Positions 22,297 to 32,972 are shown, counted from the first letter of the stretch. The stretch: 64,000 nt of DNA from Longimicrobiales bacterium (GCA_965218295.1 CBDCKN010000010.1:18304-82303), one strand, 5' to 3'. Made by a program: numbers and translations. Notes: generated by a model from the letters alone, not told the origin.

Positions 22297-25263
22297 TCAC
22301 ATGGAGTCGAGGGTCCGAGCCAGTCGGGCCTCCCACGAGGACTTTCTCGCCTGGTGCTCCGGGGTGGGGGGGTACAGTGAACCCGGACGCACCTCATTGC
22401 CGGTCAGGGCCCGGGAAAGCTGCTCGGCACCTCGCTGAATCTGGCAAAGTTCGCCGTCGGTACCTTCGGGTTTCTGGCCACCCCTACCGAACCCGAATTC
22501 TTCACAGGTCAAACCGGGCCGGGCTTCCCGAATGTCTCGAGCCAAGTCGATGAGGTCCAGGAGGAACGCCTCCCGCTCCTCGTACATGGCTTGCGTGACG
22601 GGCATCTCCGGATCGCCTCTCACCTCCAGCGTCTGGCTGGACGTCACGCCCCTCGCCTCGACGGTGATCGAGAACCGCCCTGGTGACACCCAGGGTCCCC
22701 GGTTGTCGACGGGACGAGACAGCCGGGGGTCGTCGTGAGACCGCCATGTCTCCCTGTCACTCGAGGTGGAGTTGCGAAGATCCCAGTTCACCCGGTGGAT
22801 GCCGGGCTCCGAAGGAACGGCGAGCTCCCGGACCACGCGACCGGATGAGTTGGTCACACGGAGGGTGGCGCCACCGCCACCGGCCCCCAAGCTGTACGTG
22901 ATGATGGCACCCGACACCGGGTTCTCTCCCGCGAACTCTGCCTGACCGCGATACGACGTGTCTTTCCAGTAGTTGAATATGGTGGCTCGCTGGATGCTGA
23001 AGACGTGGACGTCGGCGGCGGCCACCACGGCCGTCCACTCAGCCAACGGGCTCGTATCGTCCAGAATCCAGACGCTCTGGCCGTGTGTCCCGATAATCAG
23101 GTCTTTCTCCCTCGCATGGATGACCATGTCATCGACATGGGTGGTCGGCAGGTTGGGCATCTTGGCCCAGCTCGCACCCGCATCCGTGCTGACGAACACC
23201 GAGTGCTCGGAACCCGCGAAGAGCACGTCCGAGTTGTCGGGGTGCTCCACCAAGGAGTTCACAGAGCCAGACGGCAGTCCCTTCATGACGGGGTCCCACT
23301 TCTGCCCGTAGTCCTCCGTGCGGAAGAGGTAGGGGTCGAAGTCCCCGTCCCGGTGTGCATCGAAGGCCACATAGGCCCCTCCCGAACCCTTCCGCGAGGC
23401 GACCACCCGGCTCACGTAAGTGCCATCGGCGACACCCCTGACGTTCCGGCTCACCTCGGTCCAACTCCGGCCGCCGTCTCGCGACACCTGGAGGTTCCCG
23501 TCGTCGGTGCCCACCCAAAGGATCTGGGGGTCCAGAGGCGACTCGGCGATGACGGTGATCTCGCCGAAGGTGGACGTCCCGTCGTTCCGCGAGTTCCGGA
23601 TGTCCGAGCCGTAGACACCCATGAGCTGGAGCTCGTCCCGATCGATGTTGCGCGTCAGGTCCTCGGTCCGCGTCCATGACTCGCCGCGATCGCGGGCGAT
23701 GAACAGCCGATTCCCGCCCAGGTAGACGACCGACGGGTCGTGCCTGGAAACGAGGCTCGGTGAGACCCAGTCCCATCGGTACGAGGGCTCACCCTCGGGC
23801 GCTCGAGGCCGGATGTCGAGCATATCGCCTGTCTCAGCGTCCAGCCGGTAGTAAGCACCCCCGTTGGAGTTGGCGTAGACGAAGCGATGACTGGTGGGGT
23901 CGACTTGCTGGTACATGCCGTCCCCGAAGCCTGTCTGCTTCCAGTCGTCGTTGATGATGCCGATCCACCGGCGCGTCTCGGAGGGGCCCATCCAGGAGTG
24001 GTTGTCCTGCATGCCGCCGTACACCCAATACGGATCACGGTTGTCGACACCGATAGCGTAGAACTGCCCGATGGCGAAGTTGTTGATCTTCCTGAAGTTC
24101 ACGCCCTGGTCGTACGTCTCCCACAGCCCCGCGTCACCAACTAGGTAGAGGTGGTTCGGCTCGTTGGGGTCGATCCAGAGGCCGTGGTGGTCGGCGTGGA
24201 CTCCTACGTCGTAGGTGGGTCGCTCCGCGATCTCCCTCCAAGTCACGCCACCGTCCTCGCTCTTGTTCGACGAGGTCCCCAACACGTAGACACGATCCTC
24301 CTCGGAAGGGTCGATGAAGATCTCGGAGTAGTACATGGGCCGGGGGTTCATCGAGCTGACCCGACGCCAGGTCGCTCCGCCGTCCTCGCTGCGATAGGTC
24401 CCCTGCACGTCCTCGTCTGCGTGCTCGACGAGGGCGTTCAGCACCATGGGGTTCGACTCGGAGATGGCGAGGCCGATCCGGCCTTTGTCCCCGTCCGGGA
24501 TACCGTTCGTCAGCTCCTGCCACGTTTCTCCCCCATTCGTCGTCCGGTAGATCCCGCTTCCCGGCCCTCCACCGTTGAACCCCCAGGTCCTCCTGAGACG
24601 TTGGTACGTGGCGGCGTAGACGATGACCGGGTTCCAGCTGTCTATGACCAGGTCCACGGCGCCCGTGTACTCGTCCACGAACAGGACTCGATCCCAGCTT
24701 CTACCCCCGTCACGGGATCGATAGACACCGCGCTCCTCGCTGCCTCGCCAGAGATTTCCTAGAGCGGCGACGTATACCACGTCGGGGTCGGTGGGATGCA
24801 CCAGCACCTTGCCGATGTGCCGCGTCTCCACCAGTCCGAGGTGGCGCCAGGTGTCTCCTCCGTCATCGGATCGATAGACGCCATTCCCCCAGGACGTGCT
24901 CTGCCGGTTGTTCTGCTCCCCCGTGCCGGCATACATGATGTCGGGATCGGACGGAGCGATGGCCACGTCACCGAAGGTGCTCACCTCCTTGTCGGCGAAG
25001 ACGTTTCGCCAGGTGTGACCGCGATTGGTGGTCTTCCATAGCCCGCCGGAGGCAGTAGCCAGGAATATGGTCGAAGGGTCGTCGGCGAGAGCTTCAAGGT
25101 CGTGAATTCGTCCGCCCGTCACCGCAGGCCCGATGAGTCTGGGTTGGAAAGTACAGAGCTGATCTTCCGAGATCGCAGCACTCTGAGCGGTCGCCTGTGC
25201 CGGAAGCAGCAGGAAGGCCGCGAGCAAGGTCGACAGAGACCTCTTGTGGGTGGCGCGAAACAT
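22297..25263 (-). CDS. Secreted VPS10/BNR (Asp-box) beta-propeller glycosyl-hydrolase-like protein
   Basis: Signal peptide, GPAVTGGRI, many SxDGGxTW Asp boxes, GGMQDN. Confidence 0.9.
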   Translation of the reverse strand: MFRATHKRSLSTLLAAFLLLPAQATAQSAAISEDQLCTFQPRLIGPAVTGGRIHDLEALADDPSTIFLATASGGLWKTTNRGHTWRNVFADKEVSTFGDVAIAPSDPDIMYAGTGEQNNRQSTSWGNGVYRSDDGGDTWRHLGLVETRHIGKVLVHPTDPDVVYVAALGNLWRGSEERGVYRSRDGGRSWDRVLFVDEYTGAVDLVIDSWNPVIVYAATYQRLRRTWGFNGGGPGSGIYRTTNGGETWQELTNGIPDGDKGRIGLAISESNPMVLNALVEHADEDVQGTYRSEDGGATWRRVSSMNPRPMYYSEIFIDPSEEDRVYVLGTSSNKSEDGGVTWREIAERPTYDVGVHADHHGLWIDPNEPNHLYLVGDAGLWETYDQGVNFRKINNFAIGQFYAIGVDNRDPYWVYGGMQDNHSWMGPSETRRWIGIINDDWKQTGFGDGMYQQVDPTSHRFVYANSNGGAYYRLDAETGDMLDIRPRAPEGEPSYRWDWVSPSLVSRHDPSVVYLGGNRLFIARDRGESWTRTEDLTRNIDRDELQLMGVYGSDIRNSRNDGTSTFGEITVIAESPLDPQILWVGTDDGNLQVSRDGGRSWTEVSRNVRGVADGTYVSRVVASRKGSGGAYVAFDAHRDGDFDPYLFRTEDYGQKWDPVMKGLPSGSVNSLVEHPDNSDVLFAGSEHSVFVSTDAGASWAKMPNLPTTHVDDMVIHAREKDLIIGTHGQSVWILDDTSPLAEWTAVVAAADVHVFSIQRATIFNYWKDTSYRGQAEFAGENPVSGAIITYSLGAGGGGATLRVTNSSGRVVRELAVPSEPGIHRVNWDLRNSTSSDRETWRSHDDPRLSRPVDNRGPWVSPGRFSITVEARGVTSSQTLEVRGDPEMPVTQAMYEEREAFLLDLIDLARDIREARPGLTCEEFGFGRGGQKPEGTDGELCQIQRGAEQLSRALTGNEVRPGSLYPPTPEHQARKSSWEARLARTLDSM

Positions 25264-25350
25264 TACCGACTCCAGTCCTGGCGTCACCATCTCGAGCGTC
25301 GGCTCTCGCCCACGGAGCCGACGCCACGCATGCTCGGCGGGACGGTAGAA

Positions 25351-26133
25351 TTAGGTGGGTGTCACGTGGCCCGCCAGGGCCTCTCGCACGATGGCGAGCA
25401 CCTCGTCGTCCATGTCTTCGGCGGTGAGCATCCACTCGAGGTAATCCCGCTCCATCAGGGCCACCTCCGAGAGGGCTCGACCCCTGTGCTTGCCCCTCCG
25501 GAAGACGCGTCCCTCGTCTCCGTCCTCGAACCACAGATCGACGGCGGTCCGGATGGGAAAGAACTCGTCGCAGTACTGATTGAGCGCGTCCATGTCGTGG
25601 GGCAGATGGGGGTAGCGCTCGATCTGGGCTGCCAGAACGGCGGCCGTGGTTCGGATGTCGCCCAGAGCGCTGTGGGCTTCCTGATGCTCACGGCCCAGGT
25701 AAAATCGTGCGGCTGCCGAGAGATCGCGGGGCTCCTCCCGGTGAAAGATCCCCTGGATGTCGATGATCCGGCGCGACTTGTAATCGAATTCGACTTTAGC
25801 CCGCTTGAACTCGGCCAAGAGCATGGGAAGGTCGAATCGGCGGATGTTGAAGCCGGCCAGGTCACAAGGGTCCAGCAGTTGCACCAGGGCCTTGGCTCGA
25901 GCGGCGAACGGCGCCTCGTCGGCCACGTCTTCGTCCGTGATCCCGTGGACAGCCGTGGCCTCGGGGTGAATGGGTATGCCGGGGTTGAAGCGGCGAACCC
26001 GCTCCAACACGTCGCCCTGAGGAGAGACGCGGAGGATGGCCATCTCGATGATCCGATCATCCCGGGTGCTAAGTCCCGTCGTCTCAAGATCCAGGAAGAC
26101 GATGGGACGGTCGAGCTCGACGGGGAGGAGCAT
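25351..26133 (-). CDS. DEDDh 3'-5' exonuclease (DnaQ-like)
   Basis: FLDLETTG, VHGITD, FNIRRFD, HSALGD. Confidence 0.93.
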   Translation of the reverse strand: MLLPVELDRPIVFLDLETTGLSTRDDRIIEMAILRVSPQGDVLERVRRFNPGIPIHPEATAVHGITDEDVADEAPFAARAKALVQLLDPCDLAGFNIRRFDLPMLLAEFKRAKVEFDYKSRRIIDIQGIFHREEPRDLSAAARFYLGREHQEAHSALGDIRTTAAVLAAQIERYPHLPHDMDALNQYCDEFFPIRTAVDLWFEDGDEGRVFRRGKHRGRALSEVALMERDYLEWMLTAEDMDDEVLAIVREALAGHVTPT

Positions 26134-26165
26134 CAGGCGGCCTGGCGCAGTGTCTGCATCAGCCT

Positions 26166-27176
26166 ATGATAGCGGGCATGGAAGCAACAGGCAGCATGCA
26201 AGCGGTGGTCATGGACGGATCGGGGGGGCCTGAGGTACTCTCGCTCCAATCGACGCCGATGCCGGTCCCGGAGGCCGGGGAGATCCGGGTGCGGGTCGCT
26301 ACGTCCGGCGTCAATCACGCAGACCTTTTGCAGAGGATGGGACACTATCCGGTCCCCGAGGGCTGGCCGGAGGAGATTCTCGGTCTCGAGTTCTCCGGCA
26401 TCGTGGACGCCTTGGGGCCCGAGGTGGATCGGTGGCAGGTGGGGGACCGGATCATGGGGATCCTGGGCGGCGGCGGATATGCCCAATACGTGAAGACCCA
26501 CGGCACCACCGTTGTTCCGGTGCCCGACTCCCTCGGCCTCGAAGAGGCGGGGGCGATTCCCGAGGTGTTCATGACCGCTTTCGACGCAGCGGTGATGCAG
26601 ATGGGGCTCCGGTCGGGGGAGACCCTCCTCATCCACGCGGTGGGGAGCGGCGTGGGAACCGCGGCCCTGCAGATCGCCAAGGCCCTCGGCGCTCGCACCC
26701 TCGGTACGTCCCGAACCCCCGCGAAGCTCGAGCGGGCGGCGGCACTGGGGCTGGACCACGCCGTCCCGGGTGACACCGACTGGCCCGAGCACGTCCTGAA
26801 GGTCACGGAGGGACGGGGGGTGGACGTGATCCTGGATCTCGTGGGGGGACCCTACCTGGAGGGGAATCAGAAGGTCGTGGCGACCCGGGGTCGCCATATC
26901 GTCGTGGGTGTACCCGGAGGGGCCGTCGCCACCATCGACCTGAGAACCATGATGAGTCGTCGAGCGACACTCAGGGGCACGGTCCTGAGAGCCCGGTCCC
27001 TCGAGGAGAAGGCGGCCCTGGCCGAGGCCTTCGAGGAGCGCGTCCTTCCGCTGTTCCTGCGCGGGCAGGCGAGTCCGGTCGTCGACCGCATGTTCTCCCC
27101 CGAGGAGGCCGCCGATGCCCATCGGGTGATGGAGGCCAATGCGAACTTCGGAAAGCTCCTCATCCGCTGGGAGTGA
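26166..27176 (+). CDS. NAD(P)H:quinone oxidoreductase (PIG3/zeta-crystallin MDR)
   Basis: GVNHADLLQRMGHYP, LGLEFSG, HAVGSGVG, NFGKLL. Confidence 0.93.
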   Translation: MIAGMEATGSMQAVVMDGSGGPEVLSLQSTPMPVPEAGEIRVRVATSGVNHADLLQRMGHYPVPEGWPEEILGLEFSGIVDALGPEVDRWQVGDRIMGILGGGGYAQYVKTHGTTVVPVPDSLGLEEAGAIPEVFMTAFDAAVMQMGLRSGETLLIHAVGSGVGTAALQIAKALGARTLGTSRTPAKLERAAALGLDHAVPGDTDWPEHVLKVTEGRGVDVILDLVGGPYLEGNQKVVATRGRHIVVGVPGGAVATIDLRTMMSRRATLRGTVLRARSLEEKAALAEAFEERVLPLFLRGQASPVVDRMFSPEEAADAHRVMEANANFGKLLIRWE

Positions 27177-27182
27177 CGGACA

Positions 27183-30011
27183 CTAGCCCGTCTTGAGCGA
27201 CTCCCGGATTACTCGGGCTTGTTCCACCACATGGTCGATGTACTTCCCCTCGGAGGGGCTGGCCCGCTCGGGGCGGGCCACGTGGCTGAGCTTCAGCTCC
27301 CGTGGAACCACGGCCCTCAGGCGCGGGCCCACGTAGGAGAGGGCTCCCATGTTTCGCGGCTCCTCCTGAGCCCAGACCAACTCACGAACGGACGGATAGC
27401 GAGCTAGGAGCTCCTCGACCCCGAATCCCGGGAACGGATAGAGCTCCTCCAGTCGCGCCACGGCCACGCCGGGCAGGTCCTCACGCAGCTCACTGCCGAC
27501 CAGGTCGTAGTAGAGCTTTCCGGAGCAGAGCACCAGGCGGGTGACGGCCTCGGGCTCGACCACGGAGGGATCGTCCAGGACGGGCTGGAAGCTTCCCTCC
27601 ACCAGATCGGAGACGGTGGACGTGGCCCTCGGATGACGGAGGAGGCTCTTGGGCATCATGACCACCAGGGGCCGCTCCGGCCGGACGTGCGCCTGTCGCC
27701 GGAGGAGGTGGTAGTGCTGCGCCGGATTAGTGGGGGACACCACACGCATGTTGTTCTCCGCGCACAGCTGTAGGAAGCGCTCCAGTCGCGCGCTTGAGTG
27801 CTCCGGCCCCTGCCCCTCGTAGCCGTGCGGAAGGAGCATGGCCAGCGTGGCCACCTGCCCCCACTTCTCCCAACCCGAAGACACGAACTGGTCGATGGAG
27901 ACCTGGGCGGCGTTGGCGAAGTCGCCGAACTGGGCCTCCCAGAGAACCAGGTCCTTCTCCGACGCAACGCTGTAGCCGTATTCGAAGCCCAGCACGGCCA
28001 TCTCGGACAGGGGCGAGTTGAGGACCGTGAAGCACGCGTCTCCGTAGTGTGCCAGAGGCGTATGCTCCTGGCCCGTCTCCGAGTCGTGAAGCACGAGATG
28101 CCGGTGGCTGAAAGTGCCGCGCTGGGAGTCCTGTCCGGTGAGCCGCACCGGGATACCCTCCCAGAGGAGTGAGCCGAACGCCAGAACCTCGGCGTGACCC
28201 CAGTCCAGGGAGAAGTGCGGCCCAAAGCCGTCGTCACGCTTCGCCAGCTGTCTCTTGAGCTTGGGGTGCATGCTGAAGCTCTCGGGGGTCGCCACGGCAG
28301 CGGCGTTCACCTCCGCCAGAACCTCTAGCGGCAGCGACGGGACCAACCCCTTGGGCGGCTCCAGGTTCGAGTCCTCCATTACCTCGTGGGGAGAGCGTTC
28401 CTCGCTCTGGACCTCGTCCTGAGCCGTGCGAAGGTAGCCCGACACGCTGGCCTCCATGGCCTCTACGTCCTCGGCGCTCAGAACCCCCGCCTTCATGAGC
28501 TTCTCGGCGTAGATGGCACGCACTGTCGGATGATCTTTGATCATCTTCGACTCGAAGGGCTGGGTGTAGGCAGGCTCGTCACCCTCGTTGTGGCCATAGC
28601 GGCGGTAGCCCACCAGGTCGATGACGACGTCGTCTCGATACTCGGCCCGGTACGCCATGGCGAGCCGAACCGCGGTCAGACACGCCTCGGCGTCGTCGGC
28701 GTTCGCATGGATGATGGGGAAGCTGAATCCCTTGGCGAGGTCGCTGGCGTAGCGAGTGGAGCGACCGTCGATAGGAAGGGTCGTGAAGCCGATCTGGTTG
28801 TTGGCGATGACGTGGATGGTTCCGCCCGTCGTATAGCCCCTCAGCCTTCCGAGGTTCAGCGTCTCGGCCACGACGCCCTCGCCGGCGAACGCCGCGTCAC
28901 CGTGGATGAGGATGGGCACCACGGCGGACGTATCCTGTTCGGCGCCCTGCTGGTCTCCACGGTGCTGGAGGGCGCGCGCCACCCCCTCCACCACGGGGTT
29001 CACGAATTCGAGGTGGCTTGGATTCGGTACGAGGATGATATGGATCACGGATCCATCGGGGAGGATGCGCTCTCCCTCTGCTCCGTGGTGGTACTTCACG
29101 TCGCCCGTGCCTTCCACTGTGAAGGCGCCCTTGGCTTCGACGCCCTCGAACTCGCGAATGATCTCCTCGTATCCCACACCCACGAAGTGGGCGAGGACGT
29201 TGAGCCGGCCGCGATGAGCCATTCCCAGGACGACCCGTTCGGCTCCTGCCCGGGCGGCCTCCTCCAAGGCGAGGTCCATCATGGGGACCATCATGTCGGT
29301 CCCTTCGATGGAGAAGCGCTTCTGACCCAGGTAGGCTTTGTGGATGAATTGCTCCAATCCCTCGACTTCAGTGAGTCGTTGCTGGAGTCGCACCTGCTCT
29401 CCCGCCTCGATGGGCTGCGCATGGACTCCCGACTCCACCTGATCCCAGAGCCACCGAACGACGGATGGGTCCTCGAGGTGCTCGAACTCGTAGCCTATGG
29501 TGCCGCAGTAGGCGTCCTGAAGCCTCTTCAGGGCATTGGCGAGGGATTCGTCGCCCCCGCCCTCCATGACGAGCGATGCCGGTAGCTCCTCGAGCTCCTC
29601 CATGCTCGTGCCGAAGAAAGAGGGGTCGAGCTGCGGGTGCCCTGGCGGAGGAGAGCCCAGCGGGTCGATCTGAGAGAGGTGATGCCCATGATCACGAAAC
29701 GCCTGAGCGAAAGAGGTGGCCTTCGCCACGACGGGCACCATGCGCCGCATGGTGTCCGCCTGGTCCTGCACGGCGTCGAGCTCCGCCGTCGGGGCCTGGC
29801 CCGCGCCGCGGACGGGTGCGTCCACAACCGCTCCGCCCCCGTTCGCCGCCAGACTTTCGGGCACCATGAGCCCTGCCTCCCGGGCGGCGGTCGGACCCAA
29901 CGAGAAGAACCGTCGCCACTCCTCGGGCACGGCGTCGGGGTTCCGGGCGAACTCCTCATAGAGTGCCTGGACGTACCCGGCGTTCTGACTGTCGAAGGGC
30001 TTCTCTTCCAT
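27183..30011 (-). CDS. sucA: 2-oxoglutarate dehydrogenase E1
   Basis: GQKRFSIEG, GMAHRGRLN, GDVKYH, HGDAAF, WEAQFGDF, LPHGYEGQGPEHSSAR. Confidence 0.97.
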   Translation of the reverse strand: MEEKPFDSQNAGYVQALYEEFARNPDAVPEEWRRFFSLGPTAAREAGLMVPESLAANGGGAVVDAPVRGAGQAPTAELDAVQDQADTMRRMVPVVAKATSFAQAFRDHGHHLSQIDPLGSPPPGHPQLDPSFFGTSMEELEELPASLVMEGGGDESLANALKRLQDAYCGTIGYEFEHLEDPSVVRWLWDQVESGVHAQPIEAGEQVRLQQRLTEVEGLEQFIHKAYLGQKRFSIEGTDMMVPMMDLALEEAARAGAERVVLGMAHRGRLNVLAHFVGVGYEEIIREFEGVEAKGAFTVEGTGDVKYHHGAEGERILPDGSVIHIILVPNPSHLEFVNPVVEGVARALQHRGDQQGAEQDTSAVVPILIHGDAAFAGEGVVAETLNLGRLRGYTTGGTIHVIANNQIGFTTLPIDGRSTRYASDLAKGFSFPIIHANADDAEACLTAVRLAMAYRAEYRDDVVIDLVGYRRYGHNEGDEPAYTQPFESKMIKDHPTVRAIYAEKLMKAGVLSAEDVEAMEASVSGYLRTAQDEVQSEERSPHEVMEDSNLEPPKGLVPSLPLEVLAEVNAAAVATPESFSMHPKLKRQLAKRDDGFGPHFSLDWGHAEVLAFGSLLWEGIPVRLTGQDSQRGTFSHRHLVLHDSETGQEHTPLAHYGDACFTVLNSPLSEMAVLGFEYGYSVASEKDLVLWEAQFGDFANAAQVSIDQFVSSGWEKWGQVATLAMLLPHGYEGQGPEHSSARLERFLQLCAENNMRVVSPTNPAQHYHLLRRQAHVRPERPLVVMMPKSLLRHPRATSTVSDLVEGSFQPVLDDPSVVEPEAVTRLVLCSGKLYYDLVGSELREDLPGVAVARLEELYPFPGFGVEELLARYPSVRELVWAQEEPRNMGALSYVGPRLRAVVPRELKLSHVARPERASPSEGKYIDHVVEQARVIRESLKTG

Positions 30012-30127
30012 CGCTCTCGGGCTTCAGACGGGGCCGGAAAGGCCGTCCCCATCGACCTCAAAATGGAACTCTTAAACTAGTGGAATTTCCCGCCTCAGGG
30101 AGCCCCGACTCAGCTCCGAATTCCTTG

Positions 30128-30183
30128 TTGACCCCAAGTCTGATGGGATGTACCTTCTCCGTTGTGATTGAGAATCGTTCTCA
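30128..30183 (+). promoter_or_regulatory. Sigma70-like promoter with Fur box
   Basis: TTGACC-N17-TACCTT, 7 nt, then GTGATTGAGAATCGTTCTC (13/19; dyad TGAGAA-N3-TTCTCA) ahead of an iron-type TBDR. Confidence 0.7.
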
Positions 30184-30235
30184 TTTGACGCCCGACGGGA
30201 CGCGCTGAGAGCACCAACGCCGGGTTTACATATAG

Positions 30236-32716
30236 ATGCCGATTGAAGCCAGGGCCATGAACGTCTCCGTTCGCAGGATCTTCCCGCTGATCGTCGTAGC
30301 CTCGCTATTCTCACCATCTCTCAATGCACAGGACGGCCCCGGCAGGATTGCAGGATTCGTCGAGACCACCGAGGACGGCTCGGCCCTTGCTGGAACCTCG
30401 GTCGAAGTGGTGGGCACATCCCTTCGCGCCCTGTCCGATGACGCCGGACGCTACGTGCTGAGGGGGATCCCTCTGGGCACGGTCTCGCTGCGGTTCGTGC
30501 GCCTCGGTTATTCGACCCTCACCAAGACGGTGACGGTGGTCGACGACAAGGTGCTCCGGGTGACCGCCGAGATGGGTGCCGGACCGATCCGCCTCGACCC
30601 GATCAGCGTCCTCATGGAGCGTACCCGGATGATCGGCGACCCCCTTGGCATCGACGAAATCCCCGGGGCTGCGCACGTGCTCGTCGCGGCGGACCTGGAC
30701 TCTCCGGCCTTCGTGTTCGACAACATCCATGACTTCCTGCGCCTCGTTCCGGGGGTGAACGTCCAGGACGAGGACGGGTTCGGGCTTCGTCCCAACATCG
30801 GGCTCAGGGGGACGGGCGTGGACCGGAGCTCCAAGATCACCCTCATGGAGGACGGCGTGCTCATCGCCCCGGCCCCCTACACGGCTCCGTCCGCCTACTA
30901 CTTTCCGGTGGCCGGGCGCATGGAGGCCGTGGAGGTCCAGAAGGGATCGAGCCAGGTCAAGTATGGTCCCCGCACCATCGGTGGCGCGATCAACCTCGTC
31001 TCGGCGCCTATCCCCGATCGGTTCTCGTGGTTCATGGAGGGAGCCGCAGGTGGGAACGGCACCCTGAGGGGTCACGGGCGGATCGGTGACTCCGGCACAC
31101 GCTTTGGGTGGCTCCTGGAGGCGTACTCGCTGGAGACCGACGGCTTCAAGGAGCTGGCCACCGGCGCGGGGACGGGCTTCGACGTGGCCGACTTCATGGG
31201 GAAGGTTCGGGTCAACAGCGATCGTGAAGGCCCCTCGTACCAGGAGCTGGAGCTCAAGCTCGGTTACACCGACGAGGAGTCGGCAGAGACCTATCTCGGC
31301 CTTACGGACGTGGACTTCACCATGAATCCACTGTACCGATACCCGGCCTCCGAGTCGGATGTGATGAAGGCCGAGCACTCGCAGATTCAACTCCGGCACT
31401 TCTGGACCCGCGGTGCCGTCGACGTAACGACGACGGCGTATCGCAATGACTTCTTGCGGAACTGGTACAAGCTGGAGAGCGTGCTCGGCACAGGCATCAG
31501 CAAGGTCCTGGATGCTCCTGACGAGAACGCGCCGGCCCTCGCGATCCTGCGCGGGGAGGGTAGCGACCCCGACGCACTCAGGGTTCGGGCGAACAATCGT
31601 GAATACTTCGCCGAGGGTGTGCAGTCGACGGTGGGCCTCGGCCTCGGCCGTCATGAGCTCGAGCTGGGCCTTCGGTTCCACCGTGACCAGGAGGACCGCT
31701 TCCAGTGGGAGGACGCGTTCCAGATGCAGGGCAGTACCATGGTCCTCACCACCCCTGGTGAGCCTGGGAGCCAGTCCAATCGGGTGAGCTCGGCCGACGT
31801 GCTTGCCTTCTTCGTGCAGGACGAAGTCGAGCTCGGACGCCTGATCGTGACTCCCGGGGTCCGGTTCGAGCACATCAACTTCGCCCGAACGGACTACGCC
31901 AGCGACGACCCCGCCCGCACGGAGCCCACCCGGGTTCGGGAGAACCGGGTGAATGCGTGGATCCCGGGAATCGGGCTCTCGTATCGTGCCGCCCCTGCCC
32001 TCAACCTCTTCTGGGGTGTTCACAAGGGGTTCGGACCGCAGGGACCCGGCGCCGCCGAGGCCACGCGCCCGGAGAGCAGCGTCAACTACGAGTTCGGTGG
32101 GAGGTGGCGGAACTCGGGGTTGGCCGCCCAGGCGAGCGCGTTCTACAGCGACTACACGAACATCCTCGGACGGGCGACGCTGGCCACCGCCGAAGCTGGC
32201 ACGGGCGAGGCGTACAACGGAGGGGACGCCGCGGTAGCGGGTGTCGAGGTCTCCGTGGACTACGATTTCGCCTGGGGACGCGACTGGGCGGGTAGGGTGC
32301 CCCTACGGATCACCTATACGCATACGCGTGCCGAATTCCGGTCTTCCTTCGACTCCGACTACGGTCCCTGGGGCGAGGTTGAGATCGGCGATCGCCTCCC
32401 CTACCTCCCCGCGCACCAGATGAGCGGGAGCATCGGGTACGACCATCCGCGGTGGAGCGTCACGCTCTCCACGATGGCGTCGGGCGCTATGCGAACGCAG
32501 GCCGGTCGAGGTCCCATCCCAGAGGGGGAGGGCACGGACTCGTACGTGGTATTCAACCTGGCCGGGGAGCTGCAGCTCGACCGCAGGGGGACCGTGTTCG
32601 CCGGCGTCCAGAACCTCTCGGACGAGCGGTACAGCGTGGCGAGGCGCCCGGCTGGGCTCCGTCCCGGACTGCCCCGGACTCTGATGGCGGGTCTCCGCGT
32701 GACTGGAGTGCGGTAG
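30236..32716 (+). CDS. TonB-dependent receptor, FecA-like
   Basis: Signal peptide, plug PGVNVQDEDGFGLRPNIGLRG…RSSKITLMEDG, beta-barrel. Confidence 0.92.
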   Translation: MPIEARAMNVSVRRIFPLIVVASLFSPSLNAQDGPGRIAGFVETTEDGSALAGTSVEVVGTSLRALSDDAGRYVLRGIPLGTVSLRFVRLGYSTLTKTVTVVDDKVLRVTAEMGAGPIRLDPISVLMERTRMIGDPLGIDEIPGAAHVLVAADLDSPAFVFDNIHDFLRLVPGVNVQDEDGFGLRPNIGLRGTGVDRSSKITLMEDGVLIAPAPYTAPSAYYFPVAGRMEAVEVQKGSSQVKYGPRTIGGAINLVSAPIPDRFSWFMEGAAGGNGTLRGHGRIGDSGTRFGWLLEAYSLETDGFKELATGAGTGFDVADFMGKVRVNSDREGPSYQELELKLGYTDEESAETYLGLTDVDFTMNPLYRYPASESDVMKAEHSQIQLRHFWTRGAVDVTTTAYRNDFLRNWYKLESVLGTGISKVLDAPDENAPALAILRGEGSDPDALRVRANNREYFAEGVQSTVGLGLGRHELELGLRFHRDQEDRFQWEDAFQMQGSTMVLTTPGEPGSQSNRVSSADVLAFFVQDEVELGRLIVTPGVRFEHINFARTDYASDDPARTEPTRVRENRVNAWIPGIGLSYRAAPALNLFWGVHKGFGPQGPGAAEATRPESSVNYEFGGRWRNSGLAAQASAFYSDYTNILGRATLATAEAGTGEAYNGGDAAVAGVEVSVDYDFAWGRDWAGRVPLRITYTHTRAEFRSSFDSDYGPWGEVEIGDRLPYLPAHQMSGSIGYDHPRWSVTLSTMASGAMRTQAGRGPIPEGEGTDSYVVFNLAGELQLDRRGTVFAGVQNLSDERYSVARRPAGLRPGLPRTLMAGLRVTGVR

Positions 32717-32962
32717 ACCGACGACCACGGATCGGCAAGAGTAGGCGCCTCCGCGATACACCGCCGTAGCTCGGCCGACAACGCTTCGCGTTGTTGACCC
32801 TCGTCGTCGTTCGTTCTTCGCCTTCGGCTCAGGTGCCGCGGGAATCACTTTCCAACGGCGAACATCAAGTCCGCGGCGTTGCCTGAACGCGCGCAAGCAC
32901 GGGGCACCCACGCCTGAGGCGTGGGTCGCGCGACCCACTGTACTTCCTCAACAGCCTTCTAG
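32717..32962. repeat. Highly structured intergenic element, second repeat family
   Basis: Several hairpins (acaacgc/gcgttgt, gccgcgg/ccgcggc, acccacgcc/ggcgtgggt, tgggtcgc/gcgaccca); its end matches 20349-20379. Confidence 0.5.
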
Positions 32963-32972
32963 AGTTTGCGAC

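Noticed and set aside
30311..32023. Long antisense ORFs (also 1977-3245, 39158-40471, 59052-60359)
   Set aside because: Shadow frames of GC-rich genes with no recognisable motifs.
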